DNA of 64,000 nucleotides from Myxococcota bacterium (GTDB lineage Bacteria > Myxococcota_A > Polyangia > Polyangiales > Sandaracinaceae): the NCBI GenBank assembly GCA_036149055.1, contig JAYZQJ010000017.1:1-64000 (forward strand). Reading direction: 5' to 3'. Below are positions 8,909 through 20,941 of the stretch, piece by piece. Made by a program: the position numbers and the translations under genes. Numbering within the stretch: position 1 is the first letter of the stretch; every line of letters begins with the position of its first letter. A model generated the notes under the pieces. The model worked only from the letters and a program-made list of their open reading frames with translations. It did not search any database and had not been told where the DNA came from.

Positions 8909-10015
8909 ATGTCGCTGCCGCTGCCGAAGGAAGAGCTGCCGGAGAAGATCGCCCGCTTCGCCGACCCCGCCGCGCCCGTGCCCGCCAAGACGATGGCGGC
9001 CAAGGGGCTCGTCCCGGTCAAGGGCGGCGACCTGGTGACCCTGCTCGTCCAGCTCTCGGCCGACGCGAACGACCAGGTCTCGGGCGCGGCGAAGGAGACC
9101 CTCTCCAAGGTCCCGGAGGGCGTGCTGACGGCGGCGGCCGGCGAGGCCCTGCACCCGCTCATCCTCGACGGGCTGGTCGAGCACGTCCGCGGCAAGCGCG
9201 CGATCCTGGAGGAGCTGGTCGCCAACCGGGCCACCCCGCCCGAGACGGTGGCCCGGGTCGCGCGCTGGGCGGACGAGCGGACCTGCGAGCGCATCGCGAC
9301 CGATCAGGTCCGCCTCCTGGAGCACCCGACCATCATCGAGGCGCTCTACATGAACAAGAACACGCGGATGAGCACCGTCGACCGGCTGGTCGAGCTCGCC
9401 GCGCGGAACGACGTCCAGCTCGACGGCGTCGCGACCTTCGAGGCGCACGTCCAGGCGATCCAGGGCCAGCTCATCATCGACGAGCCCCTCGACGAGCCGC
9501 TCCCCGACGACATCGACTTCCGGGAGGCGGTGGAGCTCGACGCGGACGACGACGCGGTCGAGCGGGACAAGGTCGACGGGAGCGAGGAGATCAAGGACTC
9601 CCACCTCCCGCTCGCCCAGAAGATCCGCAACTGGCCGATCGCGAAGAAGATCCGGATGACCCTGGTCGGCAACGCGGCCGCGCGGAGCCTGCTCGTCCGC
9701 GACCCCAACAAGACCGTCTGCATGGCCGCCATCAGCTCCCCGGCGATGACCGACGGCGAGGCGGCGCGGATCGCGATCAGCAAGCAGATCTCGGACGACG
9801 TGCTCCGCTACATCGGCAACCGCCGCGACTGGCTGGGCAACTACGAGGTCAAGCGCAACCTCGTCTTCAACCCGAAGACGCCGATGGGCGTCTCGATGAA
9901 GTTCCTCTCGCACCTGCGCGCGAACGATCTCAAGTCGCTCTCCCGCAGCAAGGGCATCCCCGCCTCGCTGCGCACCGCCGCCACCCAGCGGCTCAACAAG
10001 AAAAAGCGGGCCTGA
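8909..10015 (+). CDS. Conserved hypothetical alpha-helical repeat protein
   Basis: Strong GC3 bias; repeated xxNxxTP motifs; KIRMTLVGNAAARSLLVRDPNK. Confidence 0.75.
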   Translation: MSLPLPKEELPEKIARFADPAAPVPAKTMAAKGLVPVKGGDLVTLLVQLSADANDQVSGAAKETLSKVPEGVLTAAAGEALHPLILDGLVEHVRGKRAILEELVANRATPPETVARVARWADERTCERIATDQVRLLEHPTIIEALYMNKNTRMSTVDRLVELAARNDVQLDGVATFEAHVQAIQGQLIIDEPLDEPLPDDIDFREAVELDADDDAVERDKVDGSEEIKDSHLPLAQKIRNWPIAKKIRMTLVGNAAARSLLVRDPNKTVCMAAISSPAMTDGEAARIAISKQISDDVLRYIGNRRDWLGNYEVKRNLVFNPKTPMGVSMKFLSHLRANDLKSLSRSKGIPASLRTAATQRLNKKKRA

Positions 10016-10021
10016 ACCACC

Positions 10022-11299
10022 ATGGGCTTCTTCAAGAAGATGTTCGGAGGCAGCTCCTTCGCCGACGAGCGCGCCGACGCCGATCGCGCCTTCGACGCCG
10101 GCGACTTCCCGACCGCGCGCGCCGCCTACGAGCGCGCGCTCGACCGGAAGAAGGGCGCGAGCCCCGATGACGTCGCGCACTGCGAGGAGCGCATGGGCCG
10201 CTGCCTCGACGGCATGGCCGAGGCGCACATCGAGGAGGCCGAGCGCCTCGTGGAGCTGGGCGACCTCGATCTCGCCGAGGAGGAGCTCCGCCACGCGATG
10301 GAGCTCGGCCGGAGCGACGACGTGGTCAAGCGGGCCCGGCGCCGCCTCGAGACCCTCGAGAAGGAGGACGCGGTCCGCCAGGCCGAGGCGCCCGAGGAGC
10401 TGAGCGACGACGATCGCTGGGCCATCCTCGCCGGGACCTGGGAGGACGAGCAGCTCGACGAGTACGACGCGTACGGCGAGCCGATGCGGGAGGCGCTGCT
10501 CACCCTGCACGACGGCGAGGCCGAGGCCGGGCGCGAGAAGCTCGAGGCGATCCTCGCCGACGCCGACGACCCGCTCTACCTGTGGCTGGAGGTCGGGCGC
10601 GCCCGGATGCTCTGCGAGCAGTGGGAGAGCGCGGAGGACGCGCTGCGCACCTTCCTCGACGAGCTGGAGGAGGACCAGGGCGGGGAGTCCCGGCTCGCGG
10701 CGCACGCGAACGTGGCCATGCTGCGCGATCGCGACGACGACGAGGAGGGCGCGATGGAGGAGTACTCCGCCGCGATGGAGGCCTTCCCCGACGACCCGCG
10801 CCCGTTCCTGCTGATGGGGCGCTACCTGCGCGAGACCGGCGCCGCGGCGGAGGCCGCGGAGGTGCTGGAGGCGGCGCTGCCGCTGCTGGACGAAGACCGG
10901 CCGGACTGGACCTTCCTCGAGGCGCTCGGGCTCGCCCTGCACGAGGCGGAGCGGGACGACGAGGCCGCGGTCTACCTCGACCAGGTGATCTCGTTCTTCG
11001 TCTCGCGGCGCCGCGGGGACCAGACCATCGACTACCCGCCGGCCACCGCGGTCGCGCGGGCCGAGATCTACGAGGCCCAGGGCCGGCTCGAGAAGGCGGC
11101 CGATCTGTGGCGCGGGCTCGCCTCGGGCGGCGACAAGGCGAACCACCTCGTCTATCACCGCGAGACCGCGCGGCTGGTGCTGGAGCTCGGCCTGGAGGAC
11201 GAGGCGCGCCGCATGCTGACCCGGGCCCTCGCGCTCGCCGAGGACGACGCGGCGCAGAAGGCCGAGATCGAAGCGCAGCTGGCCGAGCTCGAGGCGTGA
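10022..11299 (+). CDS. Tetratricopeptide repeat protein
   Basis: Multiple TPR-like helical repeats; co-oriented 6 nt after previous gene. Confidence 0.8.
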   Translation: MGFFKKMFGGSSFADERADADRAFDAGDFPTARAAYERALDRKKGASPDDVAHCEERMGRCLDGMAEAHIEEAERLVELGDLDLAEEELRHAMELGRSDDVVKRARRRLETLEKEDAVRQAEAPEELSDDDRWAILAGTWEDEQLDEYDAYGEPMREALLTLHDGEAEAGREKLEAILADADDPLYLWLEVGRARMLCEQWESAEDALRTFLDELEEDQGGESRLAAHANVAMLRDRDDDEEGAMEEYSAAMEAFPDDPRPFLLMGRYLRETGAAAEAAEVLEAALPLLDEDRPDWTFLEALGLALHEAERDDEAAVYLDQVISFFVSRRRGDQTIDYPPATAVARAEIYEAQGRLEKAADLWRGLASGGDKANHLVYHRETARLVLELGLEDEARRMLTRALALAEDDAAQKAEIEAQLAELEA

Positions 11300-11691
11300 C
11301 GCGCAAGACGCTCGTCCCGCTGGCCTGGGGGTTCGGCATCGGCCTCGGCGCGGCGGTCGCGATCGCGACCGGGCCGTGGCTGATGACCTGGGGCGGCGCG
11401 CTCGGCTTCGTGGTCCTGTCGCTGATCCTCTCGGTCGGCACGGTCTTCGAGCGGGACGGCGACGGGCTCGCGAGCTTCTTCCGCTTCGCCCTCGGCTTCA
11501 CGCTCGGCTTCCTCGCCCTGACCGTGCCGCTGACCTGGACCGGGCTCGACGAGATGGCGTCCCACGCGGACCGGGCCGAGCTCGAGCGGGTGGAGCTCGC
11601 CCGCGCCCTCGTCGTGCCCCGCTGGGTCGTCGCCGCGCTCGCGGTCCCGGGCGGGCTCGCGGTCCTCTGGCTCCGCCGGCGTCAGCGGTAG
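11296..11691 (+). CDS. Small integral membrane protein
   Basis: GTG overlapping the upstream TGA (GTGA); about 4 hydrophobic segments. Confidence 0.65.
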   Translation: MTRKTLVPLAWGFGIGLGAAVAIATGPWLMTWGGALGFVVLSLILSVGTVFERDGDGLASFFRFALGFTLGFLALTVPLTWTGLDEMASHADRAELERVELARALVVPRWVVAALAVPGGLAVLWLRRRQR

Positions 11692-12551
11692 GGCTCGGCG
11701 GTCGTCAGCGCGTGGACGGCGCGCGCCACCGCCTCCGGGCGCTCGAGCGGCAGGAAGTGCCCCGCGCCCTCGACCACCTCGGCCTCGAAGGGCGCCGCGA
11801 AGAAGCGGCCCTGCCCCGCCGCCGCCTCGGGGGTCACGCAGCCGTCGTCCGCGCCGTGCAGGTAGAACGTCGGCACCTCGATGCGCTCGTTCCGCGCGTC
11901 CTTCACCCGAAGAGGCGCCTCCGCGAGCGGCCGGGTCATGCCGCGGTAGTAGGCGATCGGCCCCGGTAGGCTGCGCCGCACCGTGTCCACGACCTCGTCC
12001 AGGTGGCCCGGCGGCGGCTCGAGGCCCGGCGACCACCGACGCCAGAGCCGCGCCACGAGATCGGTCCGTCGGATCGCCCGCTCGGGCAGCCCGGGCAGCT
12101 GGAAGAAGCCCATGTACCAGCTCCGCCGGAGCTGCCCGGCGTCGCGCCCGAGGTGACGCAGGAAGGCGAGCGGGTGCGGCACGCTGATCGGCACGCAGCC
12201 GAGGAAGCGCGAGGGCGCCCGCATGCACGCGACGTAGGCGGCGGCCGCGCCCCAGTCGTGGCCGACCAGGAGCACCGGCGCGTCCGGCGAGAGCGCGTCG
12301 GCGAACCCGATCACGTCCGCGGCCAGCCGGTCGGCGTCGAACGGCCCCTCCGTCGTCGACGGCGCGTACCCCCGCATCCACGGCGCCACGCACCGGAAGC
12401 GCGGCGCCAGCGTCTCCATCACCGGCGCCCACGACCGCGGCACGTCGGGGAAGCCGTGCAGCAGGAGCGCCACCGGCCCCTCCCCCGCCGTCAGGGCCAC
12501 GAAGCGCTCGGCGCCCACTCGGATGACGATCTCCTCCACACCGCAGAGCAT
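11682..12551 (-). CDS. Alpha/beta hydrolase (epoxide hydrolase-like)
   Basis: LLHGFPD, RGY, LVGHDWGA nucleophile motif, HGADDGC, GAGHFL. Confidence 0.9.
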   Translation of the reverse strand: MLCGVEEIVIRVGAERFVALTAGEGPVALLLHGFPDVPRSWAPVMETLAPRFRCVAPWMRGYAPSTTEGPFDADRLAADVIGFADALSPDAPVLLVGHDWGAAAAYVACMRAPSRFLGCVPISVPHPLAFLRHLGRDAGQLRRSWYMGFFQLPGLPERAIRRTDLVARLWRRWSPGLEPPPGHLDEVVDTVRRSLPGPIAYYRGMTRPLAEAPLRVKDARNERIEVPTFYLHGADDGCVTPEAAAGQGRFFAAPFEAEVVEGAGHFLPLERPEAVARAVHALTTAEPYR

Positions 12552-12554
12552 GCC

Positions 12555-13037
12555 TCAAGGCACGTCGATCACCGCGAAGCCGTGGCCCTGGACCACGAAG
12601 GTCGCCACGACCGGGCTGCCGGCCGGGTGGAGGTTCCAGTCGCGCTCCAGCCGGCCGGTGGGCAGGCCGACGTCGTCCTCGTCGAAGCCCGCGAGGCGGC
12701 AGACCTCGCGGCGGCGCTCGGCGGGGAGCTCGGTCCAGTCGACCGGGATCGACTCGGGCGCGCCGTGCAGCTCGTAGCGGGTCACGCTCGGGGGCGCCTG
12801 GGCGATCGGCACCTCCACCGCGTCGGGCGGCAGCGGCGCGGCCGCGAGGTCCCCGAGGCCCCGCTCCGGCGCCACGCGGGCGAGCCGGAGCACCTTGCGG
12901 GGCGCGAGCGGACCGTACGCGTCCCCCTCGCGCGCGATGAACCAGTCGCCGCCCCGGCGGTGCAGAGAGAGCGTCACCGCCGAGACCTGGGGCCGGACGC
13001 CTCGCGCGACCACGCGCGGGTTTCGACGAGGTTTCAC
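12555..13037 (-). CDS. Hypothetical protein (start uncertain)
   Basis: Fills the gap, ends 3 nt before the hydrolase start, plausible codon bias. Confidence 0.5.
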   Translation of the reverse strand: MKPRRNPRVVARGVRPQVSAVTLSLHRRGGDWFIAREGDAYGPLAPRKVLRLARVAPERGLGDLAAAPLPPDAVEVPIAQAPPSVTRYELHGAPESIPVDWTELPAERRREVCRLAGFDEDDVGLPTGRLERDWNLHPAGSPVVATFVVQGHGFAVIDVP

Positions 13038-13126
13038 GATCGCTTCCGCGGTGCTATACCGCGGGCGTCTGGACGGGCGTGGACCGGGAGTGGACCTGGC
13101 CGCGACCCCGAGAAGACGCGACAGCC

Positions 13127-14062
13127 ATGACCGACCATCGTCAGGGGGGCACGCCCCCGAGCGGATCGAAGCGCACCGCCCGCGTCACCGTCCCGAAGCT
13201 CCAGAAGATGAAGGAGCGCGGCGAGCGCATCACGATGCTGACCGCCTACGACGCGACGTTCGCCCGCATGTTCGAGGAGGCCGACATCGACCTCCTCCTC
13301 GTGGGCGACTCGCTCGGCATGGTGGTCCAGGGCCAGGACTCGACGCTGCCGGTCACGGTGGACGAGATCATCTACCACTGCCGCGCGGTCGCCCGCGGCT
13401 GCCAGACCTGCCTCATCGTCGGCGACATGCCGTTCATGAGCTACCAGGTCGACGCCACCGAGGCGCTGCGCAACGCCGGCCGCTTCCTCAGCGAGGGCGG
13501 CGCGCACGCGGTGAAGCTCGAGGGCGGCGAGTCCGTCGCGCCGACCATTCGCCGCATCGTCGACGCCGGCATCCCGGTGATGGCCCACGTCGGCCTCACG
13601 CCGCAGAGCGTGCACGCCATGGGCGGCTTCCGCGTCCAGGGCAAGACCGAGGAGCAGGCCGACCGCATCCTCCGCGACGCGATCGCGGTGCAGGAGGCGG
13701 GCGCCTTCGCGCTCGTGCTCGAGGGCATCCCGGCCCCGCTCGCGGCCCGCATCACCGAGGCGCTCGAGATCCCCACCATCGGCATCGGCGCCGGCGTCGA
13801 CTGCGACGGTCAGGTGCTCGTCTGCTACGACCTCCTCGGCCTCACGCCGGACCTCCGGCCGAAGTTCGTCAAGCGCTACGCGGAGATGTTCGAGCAGGGC
13901 GTGGGCGCGGCGCGGCGCTACGCCGACGAGGTCCGCGGCGGCGCGTTCCCCGCGGTCGAGCACAGCTTCGGCCTGAAGAAGCAGGCCGGCGCGCCCGAGC
14001 CGGCGAGCGCCTCCGGCACCAACGTGGTCCCGCTCCGGCCGGTGTACGGCCCGGCCGAGTGA
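13127..14062 (+). CDS. panB: 3-methyl-2-oxobutanoate hydroxymethyltransferase
   Basis: [52 protein letters not shown]. Confidence 0.97.
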   Translation: MTDHRQGGTPPSGSKRTARVTVPKLQKMKERGERITMLTAYDATFARMFEEADIDLLLVGDSLGMVVQGQDSTLPVTVDEIIYHCRAVARGCQTCLIVGDMPFMSYQVDATEALRNAGRFLSEGGAHAVKLEGGESVAPTIRRIVDAGIPVMAHVGLTPQSVHAMGGFRVQGKTEEQADRILRDAIAVQEAGAFALVLEGIPAPLAARITEALEIPTIGIGAGVDCDGQVLVCYDLLGLTPDLRPKFVKRYAEMFEQGVGAARRYADEVRGGAFPAVEHSFGLKKQAGAPEPASASGTNVVPLRPVYGPAE

Positions 14063-14066
14063 CGCG

Positions 14067-14930
14067 TTGACCGAGGTCGTTCACGACAAGGCCGCCTTCC
14101 GGGCTCGCTGCGACGCGGCGCGCGCGGACGGGCGGCGGGTCGGGCTGGTGCCGACGATGGGCGCGCTCCACGCCGGCCACCTGAGCCTCGTCGAGGCGGC
14201 GCGCGCCCGGGGCGCCGATCACGTCGCGGTCACCGTCTTCGTCAACCCGCTCCAGTTCGGGCCGGCGGAGGACTTCGACCGCTACCCGCGCACGCTCCAG
14301 GACGACGTGGCCCGCTGCCGCGAGGCCGGGGTCGACACGGTCTTCGCGCCGGCGATGGACGCGATGTACCCGGACGGCTTCTCCACCCACGTGGAGGTCG
14401 AGGGGGTCACCTCGCCGCTCGAGGGCCAGCACCGGCCCGGGCACTTCCGCGGCGTGACCACCGTGGTCACCAAGCTCTTCATGCTGACCGGCCCGAGCGT
14501 CGCCGTCTTCGGCCGCAAGGACTACCAGCAGTGGCGCACGCTCGCGCGCATGGCGCGGGATCTCGACATGCCCATCGAGGTGGTCGGCGCGCCGATCGTG
14601 CGGGAGCCGGACGGGCTCGCGCTCAGCTCCCGCAACCGCTACCTCGACCCGGGGCAGCGGGAGCGCGCGCTCGCGATCGTGTCCGGCCTGCGGGCCGCCT
14701 GGGACGCGTTCGACGCCGGCGAGCGCGATCCGGCGAGGCTCCTGCCGCTGGCCCGCGACGGGGTCGCCGCCGCCTTCGATCGCGTCGACTACGTCGCGCT
14801 CGCCGACCCCGACTCGCTCGCCCCGCTCGAGGGCCCGCTGCCCGCGCGCGCGCTGCTCGCCGCGGCCGCGCACCTCGGCGGGACCCGGCTGATCGACAAC
14901 GTCGTCCTGGGCGGCGATCCGCGGCCCTGA
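14067..14930 (+). CDS. panC: Pantoate--beta-alanine ligase
   Basis: [52 protein letters not shown]. Confidence 0.97.
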   Translation: MTEVVHDKAAFRARCDAARADGRRVGLVPTMGALHAGHLSLVEAARARGADHVAVTVFVNPLQFGPAEDFDRYPRTLQDDVARCREAGVDTVFAPAMDAMYPDGFSTHVEVEGVTSPLEGQHRPGHFRGVTTVVTKLFMLTGPSVAVFGRKDYQQWRTLARMARDLDMPIEVVGAPIVREPDGLALSSRNRYLDPGQRERALAIVSGLRAAWDAFDAGERDPARLLPLARDGVAAAFDRVDYVALADPDSLAPLEGPLPARALLAAAAHLGGTRLIDNVVLGGDPRP

Positions 14931-15013
14931 CGTCCCGATTCGCGGACAACCACGCTCCCCCTCGACGCAGGGCCCCTGTCTGATGCTATGGTCCGGCCCC
15001 GCGAGCGGGAGCC

Positions 15014-15451
15014 ATGCAGATCCGGGGCATCGAAAAGAGCGACTTCGACTACATCGTGTCGGTGCTCGACCGCTGGTGGGGAGGCCCGTCCAGCGAGCGC
15101 GCGCACCCGGTGTTCTTCCACGAGCTCGGCGAGCAAGCGCTGATCGCGGAGGAGGAGGGCGAGGTCATCGGCTTCCTCCTCGGCTTCGTGACGCCGCAGG
15201 AGCCGCCGGTCGCCTACGTGCACCTCGTCGGCATCCACCCCGAGCACCGCCGCCGGGGCGTCGGCAAGAAGCTCTACGAGCGCTTCATCGAGCGCGCGAA
15301 GTCGGGCGGCGCGGCGCGGATCAAGGCGATCACGACCGTGGGGAACGACGGCTCGATCCGTTTCCACGAGGCGCTCGGCTTCGGGGTCGAAGAGGTCGAG
15401 CACTACGCCGGCCCGCGCCGCTCTCGTGTCGTCTTCACGAAGGACTTATGA
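15014..15451 (+). CDS. GNAT family N-acetyltransferase
   Basis: HLVGIHPEHRRRGVGKKLY (motif A), NDGSIRFHEALGF. Confidence 0.9.
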   Translation: MQIRGIEKSDFDYIVSVLDRWWGGPSSERAHPVFFHELGEQALIAEEEGEVIGFLLGFVTPQEPPVAYVHLVGIHPEHRRRGVGKKLYERFIERAKSGGAARIKAITTVGNDGSIRFHEALGFGVEEVEHYAGPRRSRVVFTKDL

Positions 15452-15527
15452 TGCGGCGCGCGGTCGACCCGAAGGTGGTGGCGCGACCGCTGGCGGTGCG
15501 GAGCAACCGGAGAGGATCGATTCACTC

Positions 15528-16349
15528 ATGAGTTACTCGGGCGCAGCGAAGGCGAAGGAAGCACGCGAGAGCCTCGGCAAGGCGCTCGCCGCCCTGCAGG
15601 AGGATCCGAACATCCCGTCGGACGTCCTGGCGGTGGCGCAGAACATCGCCCAGGCGGTGGGTGCGCTCTTCGAGGCCGAGCGCGCGAGCTCGGAGCCGGA
15701 CGGAAAGAGCTGCGTGAAGAACGCGCTCGGGTCGCTCAGCCAGACGATGGCGCTGCTCCAGGACGTGCGCGAGCAGCACGCCGGGATCCAGACCGCGACC
15801 GAGACCCTCGCCAAGGCGATGAGCCTGCTCTTCCCGCTGACCACCCAGCCGACGCGGCACCCTCCGCCGCAGTCGGAGGCGCCGATGCCGCTCAGCGTGC
15901 CCAAGGCCCCGAAGGCCCCCGCCGAGAGCAAGCCCGCGAGCGTGAAGCCGCCGCCCGCCGCGCCCGAGCCGCCCGAGGCCGACAAGACCGTGCCCGACGA
16001 CGGGCCCTACCGGAGCGGCGGTGAGCGCGAGCAGGTCGAGGCGAACCTCGGCGCGACCACCGAGTCGAACTTCTACGTGGGCTTCAGCGGCGAGATCAGC
16101 CAGGGCGGCGTCTTCATCGCCACCTACAACATCCTGCCGAAGGGCAGCCGCGTCCGGCTCTTCGTGACGCTGCCGGGCAACCTCTCGACCGAGGTCGACG
16201 GCCACGTGCGCTTCGTGCGCGACCCGATGGACATGAGCTCGGACAGCGAGCCCGGCATGGGCGTGGCGTTCGACGGGCTTCCCAAGGAGTCGCGCGAGCT
16301 GATCCTGCGCTTCATCCGCAAGCGCCCGCCGATGTTCTACGACGAGTAG
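15528..16349 (+). CDS. PilZ-domain protein (TIGR02266 type) with N-terminal helical domain
   Basis: ESNFYVGFSGEISQGGVFIAT..GHVRFVR..PGMGVAF; start moved to ATG 15528. Confidence 0.85.
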   Translation: MSYSGAAKAKEARESLGKALAALQEDPNIPSDVLAVAQNIAQAVGALFEAERASSEPDGKSCVKNALGSLSQTMALLQDVREQHAGIQTATETLAKAMSLLFPLTTQPTRHPPPQSEAPMPLSVPKAPKAPAESKPASVKPPPAAPEPPEADKTVPDDGPYRSGGEREQVEANLGATTESNFYVGFSGEISQGGVFIATYNILPKGSRVRLFVTLPGNLSTEVDGHVRFVRDPMDMSSDSEPGMGVAFDGLPKESRELILRFIRKRPPMFYDE

Positions 16350-16359
16350 CCGGGGCGCC

Positions 16360-17100
16360 GTGAGCACCCCGCGAGAGCTCGAGCGATCCGGCAAGGACGC
16401 GGCGCGGGAGGCGCGCGCGCTGCTGGCGTCGCTGGTCGAGCACCTCGACGGGGACCCGCTCGCCGGCTCCGTGACCCCGGTGGTCGGGGCGCTGTTCGCG
16501 GCCGAGCTGGCCGACGCGAAGGCGCTGCACGGCGTGCTCGACGACGCGATGAAGTCGATGCGCGGCCTGCTCGAGAGCCACGCGGTCCAGACCCGGCCCA
16601 CCGCCGCCAAGGCGCTGAGCCGGGCGATGGCGCAGCTCCACCCGGCGCGCACGGTGCTCGCCCGCGCGCTGGGGCTCGAGGCGCGCGGCGAGGGCACGGC
16701 GCCCTTCTTGCTCACCTCGACCCGGGTGAAGCCGAGCCAGCCGCCGGCGGGCGAGCCGGAGCAGCGCGACGCCAGCCGCATGGAGCTCGAGGTGCCGATC
16801 GGCCTCGAGGGCGACAACCGCTTCTTCACCGGCACCACCGACGATCTCTCCCGCGGCGGGCTCTTCGTCGCGACCGACGATCCCCTCCAGGTCGGCACCG
16901 AGCTGCGGCTCTCGTTCGTGCTGCCCGACGGCTACCGCGTCAGCGCGCGCGCGGCCGTCGCCTGGGTGCGGGTGCCGCGCTACCGGCCCCACGAGCTGCC
17001 GGCCGGCATGGGGATCCAGTTCGAGGGCCTGGGCCCCGAGGACGAGCGGGCCATCGCCCACTACCTCGAGGAGCGCCCCGCCTTTCACTACGGAGATTGA
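16360..17100 (+). CDS. PilZ-domain protein (TIGR02266 type)
   Basis: EQRDASR (RxxxR), DDLSRGGLFVAT (DxSxxG), GMGIQF. Confidence 0.85.
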   Translation: MSTPRELERSGKDAAREARALLASLVEHLDGDPLAGSVTPVVGALFAAELADAKALHGVLDDAMKSMRGLLESHAVQTRPTAAKALSRAMAQLHPARTVLARALGLEARGEGTAPFLLTSTRVKPSQPPAGEPEQRDASRMELEVPIGLEGDNRFFTGTTDDLSRGGLFVATDDPLQVGTELRLSFVLPDGYRVSARAAVAWVRVPRYRPHELPAGMGIQFEGLGPEDERAIAHYLEERPAFHYGD

Positions 17101-17157
17101 CGCCTCCCCTAAAGCCCGGACGCCCGCCGTCCGTTGGACCTCCACACAGGAGGCTTC

Positions 17158-17916
17158 ATGGGAGCGACGGCAGCAGTCATCCAGCCCGAGACGGAAGAGG
17201 TCCGCCAGGCGCGCCGCGCGGGCGAGCTCATCGAGACCGCGGTCGCGGTTCTTCGCGAGGAGGTCGCCGCGGACGGCGCGATGGCGCGAGCCGTCGAGCG
17301 GCTCGGTCGGGTGGCGCGCGCGCTCTCGATCGACCACTCGCCCGAGGGCTTCGACACCGCGGTCGGGACGGTGCATCACGCGCTGGCCCACGCGCTGGCC
17401 ATCGGCCGGGCCATCCAGGACACGCTCGAGCCCCGCGGCGAGCAGTGCCTCGAGGGCCTCGCCAACGCCCAGCGCATCCTCTACCCGGTGGCCAAGGACC
17501 ACGGCATCGACGCGCCGCCTCCCCTCCCCGTCCCGGTCCAGCAGCGCGAGAGCGGGCTGCCCGATCCCTGGGCCGATCGCCGCGCCTCGCCGCGCCGCGA
17601 GGTGGAGACCGAGGTGAGCTTCACCTCGGAGAGCAACTTCTACCAGGGCTTCTCCGAAGACCTGAGCGACGGCGGCCTCTTCGTCGCGACCTACGACCTG
17701 CAGCCGGTCGGAACCAAGATGGACATCGAGTTCACCTTGCCCACCGGCCACATCGTCAAGACGATCGGCGAGGTGCGCTGGCTCCGCGAGCTCCGCGACG
17801 ACGACCCGGAGATCCGCCCCGGGATGGGCGTCCAGTTCCGGGAGCTGCTCCCCGAGGACGAGGAGGCGATCACCGCCTTCCTGCAGGCCCGGGCCCCGAT
17901 CTTCTACGACGAGTAG
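17158..17916 (+). CDS. PilZ-domain protein (TIGR02266 type)
   Basis: DRRASPR, EDLSDGGLFVAT, GEVRWLR, PGMGVQF; SD CAGGAGG before ATG 17158. Confidence 0.9.
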   Translation: MGATAAVIQPETEEVRQARRAGELIETAVAVLREEVAADGAMARAVERLGRVARALSIDHSPEGFDTAVGTVHHALAHALAIGRAIQDTLEPRGEQCLEGLANAQRILYPVAKDHGIDAPPPLPVPVQQRESGLPDPWADRRASPRREVETEVSFTSESNFYQGFSEDLSDGGLFVATYDLQPVGTKMDIEFTLPTGHIVKTIGEVRWLRELRDDDPEIRPGMGVQFRELLPEDEEAITAFLQARAPIFYDE

Positions 17917-17980
17917 CCGCCCCCCGGCGGATGCTCACACCGAGGCTGTGCAGGGCGTTGCCGCCTTGTATGCTCGGGTG

Positions 17981-18553
17981 GTGTTCCTTCGCAAGGCAGC
18001 CCTGAGACCCGTCCCGCGCTGGGCCGTGGTGGACGACATGGCCATCGACGCCCTCGAGGAGGCTCTCGGAGAAGCGGAAGAGGACCTGCAACGCACCCTC
18101 GACGGCGGGTACCGCGAGATGGACCGGCTCCAGCCGGAGCTCGCGGAGTACCTCGCCGGCCAGGTGTCGAGCCGCAGCGACGAGCTCGCGCAGTCGGTGG
18201 GTTACTTCCTCGCGGTGACCGTCTACCTGGCGTTCAAGGAGGCGTTCCCGACCCGGCTGGGCACGGTGGACGAGGCCTCCCTGCAGCTCGCGCTCTCGAC
18301 CCTGGACGTCGACGAGGAGCTCCGGCGCAACGACCCCACCGAGGTGCTCGAGAGCGACGACGTGGTGGCGATGGGCCAGCCCGCCCTCGTGAACTACGTG
18401 CAGCACCACTTCGACGAGGCGCTCTCGCAGTCCGAGGGCGCCGCCGATCTCGACGCCTTCGACGCGGTCTACCGCGCGATCCTCGTCGAGGTGATCGCGC
18501 TGAGCCACGCGGTCCGCTCCCCGAGCGGCTCCGCGCACGACGCGATGGCCTGA
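17981..18553 (+). CDS. Hypothetical acidic helical protein
   Basis: Strong GC3 bias; GTG start 6 nt after TATGCT. Confidence 0.7.
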   Translation: MFLRKAALRPVPRWAVVDDMAIDALEEALGEAEEDLQRTLDGGYREMDRLQPELAEYLAGQVSSRSDELAQSVGYFLAVTVYLAFKEAFPTRLGTVDEASLQLALSTLDVDEELRRNDPTEVLESDDVVAMGQPALVNYVQHHFDEALSQSEGAADLDAFDAVYRAILVEVIALSHAVRSPSGSAHDAMA

Positions 18554-18560
18554 TCGCAGC

Positions 18561-20090
<1,530 letters not shown>

Positions 20091-20139
20091 CCCTCACGGA
20101 TGATGCCGCGGGGCCGGCGGGTCCGCGAGAAATTCCCGG

Positions 20140-20931
20140 TCAGTCGCCGCTCTCGCGGCGAGCTCCGGGCGCCTCTTCCCGGTCCTCGACCTCGGCCTCG
20201 GCGAGCGCCGGCTCGTCCTCGGGGGCCACGCGGACCTTCGGGACCGAGCGACGGAGCTCGCGGAACACGTAGGTGAGCACGCCCTCTTCGTCGACGTCGA
20301 CGCTGATGCGCGAGCCGTCGCCCACCATCTCGGTCAGCATCGCGTCCGCCTCCTTCGCCGTCATGCCGAAGGCCTGCGCGACCTGGGTGGCGGTGAGGAC
20401 CCCGCCCTCCTTCTCGGCCAGCTCCAGCACCGCCAGCTCCCGGGCGCGCGCGTCCTCGGCGACCGCCTTCTGCATGTTGCGGGCGCCCGCGCGGACCGAG
20501 AGGGCGCCGAGGCCCACCGCGATCAGCGCCGCGGCCGCCGCGAGGCCGAGCCCGAGGGCGCCGGAGAAGAGGACCGCCATCGCGACCGCCATCAGCACCC
20601 CGCCGGCGACCGAGACGATGCCGAAGCCGCGCTGGGTGCGGCCCCGAGCCCGCAGCATCATCGCCTCGCGCGACGCCTCGCGGCCCTCGCGCGACGCGGG
20701 CACCATCGCGGCGCCGTCGTCGGCGTCGCTGCCGAGCACCACCGTGCCCACCCGCGGCTTGCCGCAAGCGGCGCATACCGTCTTGTCGCCCACCCGGCGC
20801 ACGGCGGCGATGGCGTGGCAGTGGGGGCAGCGGTTGGCCTCGCCGAAGACCCGCCCGCACCCGGGGCACCGCTTGGCGCCCTCGGGCACCGCGGTGTTGC
20901 AGGTCGGGCAGCGCTCGGGCGTCTCGCTCAC
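20140..20931 (-). CDS. Zinc-ribbon membrane protein with a possible C-terminal winged-helix-like domain
   Basis: CPTC, CPGC, CPHC, CAAC; two TM; GGVLTATQVAQAFG..EGVLTYVF; GTG start. Confidence 0.75.
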   Translation of the reverse strand: MSETPERCPTCNTAVPEGAKRCPGCGRVFGEANRCPHCHAIAAVRRVGDKTVCAACGKPRVGTVVLGSDADDGAAMVPASREGREASREAMMLRARGRTQRGFGIVSVAGGVLMAVAMAVLFSGALGLGLAAAAALIAVGLGALSVRAGARNMQKAVAEDARARELAVLELAEKEGGVLTATQVAQAFGMTAKEADAMLTEMVGDGSRISVDVDEEGVLTYVFRELRRSVPKVRVAPEDEPALAEAEVEDREEAPGARRESGD

Positions 20932-20941
20932 CCGGCCCCCG

